20,000 nucleotides of DNA from Halocafeteria seosinensis (Eukaryota): the NCBI GenBank assembly GCA_001687465.1, contig LVLI01000110.1, forward strand, positions 52,230-72,229, given 5' to 3'. The notes beneath the pieces were generated by a model that saw only the letters and a list, made by a program, of their open reading frames with translations, was not told the DNA's origin and did not search any database. The position numbers and the translations under genes were made by a program. Of this stretch, positions 1 through 14,701 are shown one piece after another. Numbering within the stretch: the stretch's first letter is position 1; each line of letters begins with the position of its first letter.

Positions 1-1062
1 CAAGAACTGCCCGCAATTCCGCCGCGAGTAATGTCCTATTTTGGCGCAACCTACTCGAGGAGATTCTTCAGAGGAATTGAGGAATAGCTCGTGCATTTAC
101 TTGGACTAGTGTGACCACTGGGATGGGGTTGGGACTTTCCACATGCTCTGTGTAGAATGGGGGCGATCCCATCGACATTTCCTCAGCATGGGACAGAAGC
201 TGTCTGGGGACGTTGGAATTCCACAATGTATTTTCTCAATAGAGGGAGTCACTGTTGACCAACGGGACACAAAACAAGGAAGCTCGGGGACAAGCAGAAG
301 AAACTTTCAAAGAAAGAGTTCCCGGCTTTACTGCACACGAGGTCATTGGATATGGGTCTTGTCTATAGCGTGATATCATCCCAATCACAGCAATATTTCT
401 TATTCCCCTGCAGTGAGTTGGGAAACCAGCAGACAATCAACGCGGACCTTAAATTCATTCCAGCCGTCTTGCATAATCAATAGAGCGAAACTAGCAGTAG
501 ATTAAATGTAGTAAAGCTTTGCTTGCCAGTTCCCCTATGAATCTTTAACGATGTATTTCAGGAAGGAACCATCCGCCAGGGAAGGCACTCCTATTCGTCG
601 GTATAATGGAAAGCAGAGGTAGATTTGATGTCCCCTGTGCGACGGTTTCTTTTAGCCGTGAGTTTAGGCCACACACAATGTATTACGCTATGTAATTACG
701 TACACAAGGATGTAAGTGTTATTTTCTGTATCCTCGTAGATTCATGCTGATATACTCATGCTGGCTTCAACTTACGTAACCTGTGTTTGTAGTGCAACAG
801 ACGGACGTCTCTTACACCGGGGATAGAGAGATAAGCGTCTGAAGTGCTCGTTTACTCAACCTCCAGAGCAATACGGGTTTTTACTTATCACGCCATTCGC
901 TAAGATTAAGACGGCCCAGAAGTGCAGACTCTGAGACACCGCACGGCCTTTGCTGTTTCCCTTCCTTCCTGTGACAATAATAAAATAGCCATTCATTAAT
1001 GGTTCGATTCCACAGGAGATAACAGGCATGGCAAGTTTCTGGAGTACGATGTATCTAAGCCT

Positions 1063-1898
1063 TCAATCCTCGTTTTCCTGATTTTCCTGCGTTTTCGTTT
1101 CTACCATTTCTTTAAGTTCCTCAGGGTTGTCTCCAAGGTTGCGATTAGTTGCCCAGCTCAAATAACCATTCCAGATGACGGAGACAAAGTTTGCAAATAT
1201 AACTTGAAAGTGGAGAGGCATGAGCGAGAAATTGATCATCTGAATTGAGCAAACGCATGACAAACCCTACTACAAGTAGAGGTTTTGTTAAGGAACTAGG
1301 CACGTACCTGTGCGGGTATCCATAGCTTCCAGTTAGCCACAATGGCTTCAGGCCAGTAGAGCGTTAAGCGTTCCTGTATTTCATCCGCTTTGCCTTGGAT
1401 GGTGGCCATGTACACAAATACAGTTGCCACAAAAGTTGGCGCAAAGATAAACTGATCCATCAACAGCCTCTTGAGAATACTCGTCCACGAGCGTCCTGGT
1501 ATGAACGTTGCTAGGAAGCCGTACCAGCAGTGAAGCACTGGTCCAATGAGAAAGCATCCTAGCGAGCCCACTTCCACGGTGCGTCGTAGACTGAATTCCT
1601 TGTCCTCAAAAGCTAGCTGACAGATTAAATCCCCACCAACTGCCAGCACCGTGCTTGACACCATCTTGGTTATTAAAGGCTGCTCCTCGAGGTAGTAATT
1701 ATACTTGGTCCAAAGTCGCCTCCATACCCCTATAGAAGTATTGCTTGACGACGACATCATTCGCTGTTGTATTGGGTGGACATTCTGTAGTCTGTATACC
1801 AAGAGGTGCTTCCTGGTAACGGAAGAACATAAACGTCCTGGAGGCATGCAGAGCCCCTGTATGGAGTGAGGACGGAAGGATATCACCCTGGAGAGCAT
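1063..1898 (-). CDS. Mpv17/PMP22 (SYM1-like) family membrane protein, 2 exons (1898-1308, 1239-1063), with an N-terminal Arg/Ser-rich presequence-like extension
   Basis: Family motifs: YLEEQPLITKMVSS..GGDLICQ, GPVLHCWYGFL, KRLLMDQFIFAP, NWKLWIPAQ. A 68-nt GTACGT..TTCAG intron (1307-1240) joins WIPAQ to MINFSLMPLHFQVIFANFVSVIWNGYLSW, completing the canonical C-terminal motif. Confidence 0.93.
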
Positions 1899-1931
1899 TT
1901 TTCGCTCCTTTTATTGTGGAACCAATCGATC

Positions 1932-1964
1932 GAGAGAGAGAGAGAGAGAGAAAGAAAAAGAGAG
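1932..1964. repeat. (GA)n microsatellite / purine tract
   Basis: gagagagagagagagagag followed by aaagaaaaagagag, ~35 bp upstream of the Mpv17 ATG (reads CT-rich on that gene's strand). Confidence 0.85.
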
Positions 1965-2174
1965 ATGAAGAGGATCATGAGCACAACGAGAACTGCGGTA
2001 ATATGGTATGTAGCAGTAACAATCCGATTCACTAACAATGTCTACTAGATATGCCAAATGTTGGTACGAAGTGCTACTCCACCCGGGTACCGGGCAGCAA
2101 CAGTCTAGCGTTGAAGCAACTGTGAGCCTTGTAGCGCGGTTTATTCAATCGGCTACAAGAATCCACATCTTCAT

Positions 2175-3501
2175 TTATTTAATTGCACCTTTTCCCGAAA
2201 ACATGGATTCATTCTTACCCGCGGCCACAGAGGGAGGTATACTGACGGTGACTGTATCCGCAAGTTTCGCATATTCAGTAATGTATTCTCCGTCAGCCTT
2301 CGTGTAAGTATCACCAAAGTACTTGTTTTGGTTCTTTTGAAGAAATCGTAGGAATTCTGTAATCTTCTTATGGAAGGCTTTATGATCCTTCTTCGTTAAC
2401 TTAGTATGGATTAAGAGCTGAGGGAGTTTGACTGTGTACATAACACCTATGTTGTCAAACGATCTGAATAGCACGTATCAAGAAAATGCCTTACCAAATA
2501 AACGAAGCAAATGTTCGGCTCCATAAATTTCTGAAAGGGGTCTCGGTTCTCCTTCGGGTGTGCAAATCTGGTTCCGGAGGCTTTCCTCCACCACTGAGTC
2601 TTCCTCTTTATCCTTGCCTTCGGCGATTTGCCTTTGTTGCTTAACGATGTTTTCGTATTGGGGTCGTTCAAAACGGTATAAAAGAAATGCTCCAATCGCC
2701 CTGTCAAAATATAGTCGGAGACCTTCAATAAAACCTCTAAGGCTACTATCATCCTGTTCTTGGCCCTCTTTGTGTGCTATATAATCCCGGAAAATAGCGG
2801 CTACAGAAGGGCTTCCCTCCTCTTCGCCGTTGGATTTTGGAATCTTCACCAGCGATCTTCGCTTTGTGACATTCTGTAAGATACAGATTCCAGTATTTCA
2901 TATTCGACATCAACTATTGATAGAATCCCCCCCATACCTCCCAGTCGTGTACGATGAGCCGCCTAAGAGCATAAGTGATTGGTAACTTTACTGCTTCCAC
3001 GTCTTTGTATTCTTCCCCCTGTATACGACAATGTTGAATAAAACTGATCGATACTTGATGCAATACAGATTCACGTACTACCCTTACCTCCTCTGCTTCC
3101 GATTCTTCATCATCGCTGTCCACATCTGCAGCCGCGGACGAGCCTCTGGTTTCCGAAGCCGTGCGCTTTCGTCCACTCGCACGGCCTCCTCGTCCTCCTC
3201 GTCCACTTTTGGAAGAAGATGACGATCCCTTCTTACCACCAGAGCCGGAAGACTGCCGGGCTGCCTTCCTTTGGGCCTTCATTTCCGCCATAATCTTGTC
3301 TTTGAGCTTCTTCGTCTCCTCGTTGATGGGCATGATGCGGTCGGATGCCACCCATTCATCCCATTTTTTCGCCCATCCGTGATAATGAACGAAATAGTGA
3401 GGGTCTCCCGTTTTATCAGTCTCCTTCTCCATGACCTTGGCTTCGTAAAGCTGGTTCATGTGGTAAGCAAAGACCTTATCCCCCACTTGCAACTCAGCCA
3501 T
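2175..3501 (-). CDS. EAF3: MRG15/Eaf3 family chromatin protein (chromo/Tudor-knot + MRG domain; NuA4/Rpd3S-type subunit), 4 exons
   Basis: N-terminal LYEAKV..HYFVHYHGWAKKWDEWV chromo-barrel. MRG domain motifs HDWENVTK..LVKIP, GLRLYFDRAIGAFLLYRFERPQY, SEIYGAEHLLRLFVKLPQLL are restored by introns 2937-2874 and 2494-2432. A third, in-frame intron is inferred at 3087-3019. Confidence 0.95.
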
Positions 3502-3805
3502 TGTCTTGGATGCTCTCTACGGTTTGAACGACCACTCCAATAGCAGAAGACTCTCCATCCAATAAACGCTGCTTACAAAGATGCAAATCAATCCCAATGC
3601 AACTCATCCACTCAACAATTAAATATTATTGGGAAGTTTTAGTTGAGACGGTTAACTTGGGTTCCACGTAGCCCCGCCCCACCGCAGCAAGTTACTCCAT
3701 CATAGAAAGCAAGACGGCGGCGTGTCAAAAAATTATTGAGGAAAAGGCTTTACAAATATAATAGTGGTATGGATGTCGGTATATTTTCCTACGAGTAGCG
3801 AGAGG

Positions 3806-4778
3806 CTACGACGTGGATTCTTGCTTTCTCCGTAATGAGTCATAAAACTTGACAGACTCTGGGGGATTCCTGTAGGGCTGACTCTTAGCATCCATTGAAT
3901 AACCCCGCTCAACACGCAGTTGAGCAGATACCATCTTTTTCCTCAGCGCTGCGTCCTTCTTTCTTATCGAATGAATATTATGGTCCGTTGATCGAATGAA
4001 CTGCCAAACGACAGTTAAAGAAGCTTAAACCCAGGCACACACGGGAATGCGAAAAAGCCGTACCTCATTTAACTTCCCTTCAGCTTCATGCAAGGAAGCG
4101 CGAATGTCTGCTGCTTGACGTTCTCTTTCTTTCTTCGCTTTTTCGATGGGCGCCATTCTTTGCTTCACCTCCTCGATTTGTCTGTCATAGTCTGCTACTT
4201 GAGCTCTGTATCACCGCGCATACGGCTTTACACTGCCATGAAGCCACATATTCGAAGAGAATATACATACTCGTATTTATCAATGTTCTCCTGGACATTT
4301 TTCCTGTATCTCCTCAATGTCTTAACCGAATCGTCCAGACCTCTGACCTGTCGGTTTAGCTGACCTGGCACTTTTGCCGCCTGGGAAGAATTTACGCCAG
4401 GGTGCACGCCAGAACAAGATAAGGCCACAACAAAGTAAAGATACCTACCTGCTTTAATTTCACCAGCAACTCTTGTATCTCTTGCTGCAAGGAGCCATGA
4501 AACACCACACAATATACACTGTGAAGCAGAACTGCGTCTCCACAAAATTGCCGTTTATCCAGAGCTTACGTTGCTGTCCGCCACAGTATCATAAACGTCC
4601 TTATCTCTTCCCGGATACCTGCCCCGGTATCAAATAACACAGAATCAGTGCACATCCACCTCATTGCACGGAATATGAGCTTGCATACAAACCTTCTGCG
4701 ATGCCGCTGGCGTCCCCCACTCGCTGCCGAGCCTCCTGTGCGCATCGGGGAGAAAGCAGGTCCTCCCGACGATTCCAT
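3806..4778 (-). CDS. Uncharacterised ~205-aa coiled-coil protein, 6 exons (4778-4693, 4618-4570, 4484-4449, 4380-4271, 4205-4064, 4000-3806)
   Basis: Five GT..CAG introns (74, 85, 68, 65, 63 nt) splice into one 618-nt stop-free frame: MESSGGPAFSP..YPGRDKDVYDTVADSNQEIQELLVKLKQAAKVPGQLNRQVRGLDDSVKTLRRYRKNVQENIDKYEAQVADYDRQIEEVKQRMAPIEKAKKERERQAADIRASLHEAEGKLNEFIRSTDHNIHSIRKKDAALRKKMVSAQLRVERGYSMD..ESTS*. Heptad-like E/K/Q/R-rich pattern. Confidence 0.8.
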
Positions 4779-5126
4779 TTTGCTATTTCTTATACCACTA
4801 CACACACAAACCGTATTCAAACCATTCCCAACACCACGAGCAGCTCACCGCTTGGTGTTGGTGTGTGTATAAGACGTTGAAGTTAGGTTGCGCAGCAGCT
4901 ACTTCAAGCTCTGTTCACAACACGCGGCTGCAGCCTCCGGGAGAGTTTGGCAGACTGGTTGTAATACACTACACACCACGGCAATTGGCATTCCGGTAGG
5001 ATCCGTTCATCCCCAAGAAGAAGATCCAATCTCAGCGTCCGTTTGCTGTTTGATCACTTATAGAGATCGTAGTGTATCTGTTTGCGTATCTTGTCCATTC
5101 CATAGAAGAAGACTGCTGCAATTATC

Positions 5127-7525
<2,399 letters not shown>

Positions 7526-7539
7526 ATGTAATTCAACGT

Positions 7540-10500
7540 TTATTTCTTCTTCCCCGGTGCCGGGATTTTTATTTGAGTTGTAGTGTCAAGCCATGTGGCT
7601 CCATTGTCTATGCTAAAATACACCTCCACATTCCCAGTAGGGCACTCTTGTGCACTTTCCGGTAAGTTCCCCGTAAACGTTAGTTGACCGGTGGTTTCAC
7701 CACTTTCCATTAGAGCATTGTGGCTATCTTCACCGAGTGTCAGCTGCACGGTAAAGGAAGGTACATCCTCAGCCCCTGTCAGGAGAGTTACAAACTGGAA
7801 GCGCTCGATGAGTGCAGACTGGGGTATCGACAAATTATCATCCTGGGGCAACGTCCCCCATCCTTTAGTCTCTATAGATATCTCTCCACCCAATGCAAGC
7901 TTTTTTGGGCCTACACCGGTGACAGTAATATGTTTGTTAGGATCCCAGAGGAGAGCTAAAGGCGTCTTGACGGATTCGGAAACCGTGACATAGCCAAATC
8001 CGTTGAGCGATACGTCCATACACAAAATACTTGGTGTAGATGCTTCCAGGTTCGTCTGTGCTAACCAATTAAGAACGTGTAGGGAGGGAAGAAAAACAGA
8101 AAGTGTTTGATTTGTAGTATCCATAGCAACCTGATCCCAGTTGTTTACGGATAAGGAGCCATCAATTGACCTTAAGCGAACACGGATATTTTCCGGATTG
8201 ATGTGTTCTCCAAACCAATCTGTAGCGGGACATGCTTTTAGAACGACTTTTCCACCCTCTTTTGGATCCACAAAACATTGAGAAGAGCATTCAAATACAC
8301 CGGAGTAGAGATAAAACGTGGAACTGGACGACTGGGTGAACTGCTCGACGAAGGTCACGCCACCATCTAAAGAGAGTTTCAAGTTTGCAGCCACACAAGA
8401 GGGACTGAGAGCTTTTCCGTCGATCTCATCGGTATCTTCTTCATCCTGATGCTGCTCCTCCTGCGCATCTCTCTCATCATCAGGAACTGCTCCCTCTTCG
8501 TCATTATGCACATCAGCGTTCTCACCATCGTCCGCACTCGAGGTCACCTTGGCTGGCCTCTTCAGAAAGCTAGAGCAGTCGGGTATCGATACGCAGATAC
8601 TATGAGCGTTAACAGTCTGAGCAGAGACATCTACCTGCTTGTAACCCTCGATGAAGCTGTCGCATTCCAGCTTAACGATTGGGTTCTCTGAGAACCCTAC
8701 GCCTCTGATATATACGCTTGTCGCAGCGTTACTTTCAACAATATGTGGTTCTATCCTGTCTATCACAGCAGGTTGAGCTTCGATTCTCTGAGTGCAGGGA
8801 AACAACTGTGGCCCACAGGGGGATACCAGAGCCTCAAGACTAAACCCCGAGGGTCGATCAGCAACCTCTTCCAACTCATCTACCTCCGCACACATATTCT
8901 CGTGAGATGACTGTTTGGACCTCATGTGTTCAAAGTATCCACAGCATTGGTCATATATGTGCCATTTCTCCTTGACATCATCATTCCCTTCTGAGATCGA
9001 CGCTCGCTTGGAAGTTTTCGATCCTGGCTTGCTTCGGGAGGAGGACTTGCGGGAAGACTTGTTGGAGCCTCCCTTGTCCTTGTCCTGGGACTCGTCCGTT
9101 TCTTCGGGCCGTGGCTCACTTGGAGGACTTGGTTCATTGGGAGGTACGGGGACGGGAATTGGTCTTGCCGGAGGCGGCTCTAGCAAGTATGCTCTATCCA
9201 AGGTAAGGGAAGGAAGCGACACTTCCACGACAGCGGTGAACTTCCCTTCGGAGAAGTTCTGCTCCATATCTTGCGATGAGTCCAGCTTTTCTTCATTAGT
9301 ATCATGCTCTTCATCAATTTCATCATAGTGGGCAATGAATTTCGCAGGCAAGATATCCGTGACACTGATTTCTGTATCACCCTTGAGAAGGCGAAAGCGA
9401 ACGCCCACGAGATGGGTCTCCGAAGCCTCCACTTCCACATTCGCCTTTACGGAAGGATCCTCTGAAGTAACGCATAGTCTCTCTGGAGGCTGGGTTATTC
9501 CATTTTCAATCGTGTCTGCTTCATGGTTTTCCCGTTCCTCTCGCTGATTCTCAACATACTCGATAAGAGCCACAGCAAATGGCCGCGCGTGAGGGTCGCT
9601 TAGCATTACGGCAAATGTTGACTCGCCACTAATTCGACAACATATATTTTTCGGTGGAAGCGTGCATCGGGAGGGCTCGATAGAATTAAACTGTGGGGTA
9701 ACAAAATAAGAGTGATGTACAATACCTTCCACTGCGTCTAATTCCTCCGCTCGCACAGCGTCAGAGGAAAGCACACACCGGTTGATGTCCAACTCAGCAA
9801 ATTTTGTCTCTTTCATGGAGGCCTCTTGGTCGATAGCTACCTCGTTTTCAGCAGAAATTCTCCTAACATATAACTGAACACCCATTTCACTCGCCCGACT
9901 CCCTGGAGGAATAAAACAAACAACCGTCTGGTCCTGGCATTCCAGGTCTATATCACTATTTAGTTCGGTAGACAATGTGTAAGCCGCCGCATATTGATCC
10001 TCCACTCCGTCTGTAAGACTATCACCTTGTTCAGAATCATCTAGTTCTAAGGAATGAAGGTAGGAAAACCGCACAAATGTGTCAGGAATTCGCACCATTG
10101 AGCACTCAGGCTCATCAATCCGGAAATTCGCAGCCACAGTTCCTAGCTTATCACTGGTAAGCAGCTCCTTCTTTGAGACCCTCAACAGCGAGGGAATTTG
10201 ACCGGAAAAAGAGTCCACATTTCGGCGCAGCAGCACCCGCGAGATAGTTCGCAATCCCGGACCGCTTAATACAGCAACAGTCCCTCCATCAATGGAACTT
10301 GTTCGAGGAGTTATGTGGGTCAATTCTGCTCCGCTAGTGACTGCGATTGTATGCTTGCCAGCATGCAAAGCGGATGTCTTTCGAAAGGAGTACGAAGCAA
10401 ACGAAAACCTATGGGGAGTGTGGAAAACAGCGTCTGGAGTTGGTGTCGGACGTGCGTAGTTCGTGTAGTCATCGTCCACAGCAAATCTTCTCTTCCCACC

Positions 10501-12301
10501 ACCTATCTTTGCATACACACGATTTTCCCTTGAAAATCGACGCAAAGGGTTCATTGGCTTTCTTCCTTTCGGTAGCAGATGCTTGGGGCGCAGTGCGGGG
10601 CTGTCGTAATGATACCGACGATCGTCCATACTGCGTCGTAATGGATTTCCTTCTTTCTCCCTGTACTCATCGAGTACTACCTGAGCAGGTGATTCATTTT
10701 TCCACATTGCTGTTTTCTTCAGCGAGCCACTCAGCGAAGCGGCAGGACCGTACTTCTTTAGCGCTCCCATAGAAATCCGACAGGCCGCTGCGCTGGCGGC
10801 TTCTGCTCGCTCCACAGTGCCCCTCAAGTTGCGAGACTGAGCGATGTTTTTGTTGCTAGTTGTCAGTTCGTCTTGCCGTTGCTTTTCTGTAGTATCGAAT
10901 TCCCTCTCGTTGGTTTCAGGAGGATGGGCCTCCTCTTTTCCCTCAAAATGACCTGCACTATCTGAGCGAGCAGGGGAATATTCCAATTGAGGAAACACAG
11001 ATTCTTCTACAGAATCTTTGGTACTAACACGGGCTTCTCTATGAGCATGATCAACGGCTTGATGGCATAGTGAATCGTTTAGAACAAGATATTGATCCGT
11101 ATCCAATAAGGATTGAGGAAGTTCGCCAAAACCTACCAGGCTATACTCTGAGTCTAACACCACTGAGAAGTACGCCCCTGCGCCAATCTGAGAACCTATG
11201 ACAAACGAGGTGTTCAGTTCTGTTGTTTCCTCCCCGTTCTTAATTTCGTTCCTCCTTAGGAGAGTGGGCTGTTGTATACAAGTGACTGTCCCCGTTACCC
11301 CCAATTGGCCCTTATGATTCAGCCCCCAACCGTACACGCTCCCTGTTTCCGAGAGTGCTAGAGTATGCGCCTCTCCACAGGCGATGTCTATGACCGGGGG
11401 TGTATCGGTTGATGGCCCAGCCACCGGCATCGGATGAGACATGAATGAAGCGATACCTATTCCTACTTGTCCACTGGTAGACTCCCCCCAACAATAAACG
11501 TCCCCTTCAGATGTGAGTGCGACAGTGTGACGACCTCCGCAACACACTTTTCTCACTTGTATATCTCTCAATCCTTGAACAAACTGAGGACCGATCCGAC
11601 AACCAAACAATGAGTCCTTCTCTGTCTGCTGAGCATCTTTACCCGGATGTGATAAACCAAGCTCCCCGCTATAGTTCCGACCCCATGTATAAACTCCTCC
11701 GGTATCTGTTAGAGCGACGCTATGATGATTTCCTGCTGCTATCTGTACTACAACGAGCTCCTGTAGCTTTTGTAACAAAACCGGCGAAGCAGAAGACCTC
11801 AAAGAGCTTATTCCTAACTGCCCAAAGCAATTGGATCCAAAAGATAAAACACTTCCATCTCTTGTAAGAATTAAACCATGTTCCTGGCCAAACGCCACTT
11901 GCAGAATATCCAGTTGGTCTAAACTTCCTTCCGGTAACTCGGGGATACGTTCTCCGAGTGTCTCCTCAAATAGCGCACCTTCCTGTAAACGAAACAAGAG
12001 ACACAGTACGTGAAATTGCAGCCGTGACGACAAAACAACAGGCACGTACGGTGGTCCCTTCCGGTCTGGCCAATCTATCGTTACTTGACTTTCCCCCCTG
12101 TCGATCATCCAGTAGACCCTCATCGAATCGTGGATCTTTCTGCGCAACACTCCACTGCAGCCCATGGCCGTTCGTGACGACCGCCAGGGCATTCTTGCCG
12201 AAGCCTAATGAGGCTATTTCCTCCCCGAGTGCTGGTTCATGGAGTCCTGGACCTCCTCGCCTCCAGTTCGGAAGCGACAATAGCTCCCCAATGGAGCTCA
12301 T
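7540..12301 (-). CDS. Large (~1564 aa) protein with N-terminal RCC1 repeats and several C-terminal IPT/TIG-like Ig-fold domains, 2 exons (12301-12050, 11982-7540)
   Basis: RCC1 repeats (QVAFGQEHGLILTRDGSVLSFGSNCFGQLG; QIAAGNHHSVALTDTGGVYTWGRNYSGELG; CGGRHTVALTSEGDVYCWGESTSGQVG; CGEAHTLALSETGSVYGWGLNHKGQLG). IPT-like starts (HITPRTSSIDGGTVAVLSGPGL; IDRIEPHIVESNAATSVYIRGVGF) and ends (LSLDGGVTF, VSLNGFGY, FSIDNGATW). The likely start is ATG 12301 via a 67-nt GTACGT..TTACAG intron (12049-11983). Confidence 0.88.
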
Positions 12302-12566
12302 TTTGCCGTTTTCAGGTCAAGCGCAATACGATCCACTCTTGAAGCGAGCATATACAACAAGATCGAGTCTTCTATGACATGATGTATCGCTGGGGGAACG
12401 TGTATACGGCGTTAACGGCCTCAACCGTAAATTTTTTTCTGTGAAGGTCGTACACGGCCATTATGCCGAGTCACTATGGTTGATTCCGAGCGTCCTGTTG
12501 GTACCATAGTGCCCCCTAGAGGCTCGAACTCGTCTTCGATCAGTTCTCAAAGTGAGACAAGAGAGA

Positions 12567-14571
<2,005 letters not shown>

Positions 14572-14701
14572 CATTACCCACACTGAAACAAAACAGAAAT
14601 ATTTCATTTGTATGCTGCATGGTGTATAGGATAGGAAATCAACATGTCGGTCTAGATTTGAGTTTTTCTGTCTTGACTTCCTTCCTCTGAGTTGGGTGGT
14701 G

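Noticed and set aside
967..1017. tRNA-like signal: GGTTCGATTCC (B-box/T-loop) with TCCTGTG...CACAGGA complementary ends
   Set aside because: Only ~51 nt, T-stem has just 3 bp, and there is no D arm or anticodon arm. Not a foldable tRNA; likely chance.
11983..12192. ORF-track N-terminus MPWRSSRTAMG.. of the 1550-aa ORF
   Set aside because: It reads through a canonical 67-nt intron. The alternative frame from ATG 12301 carries an RCC1-like half repeat and is the more plausible exon 1.
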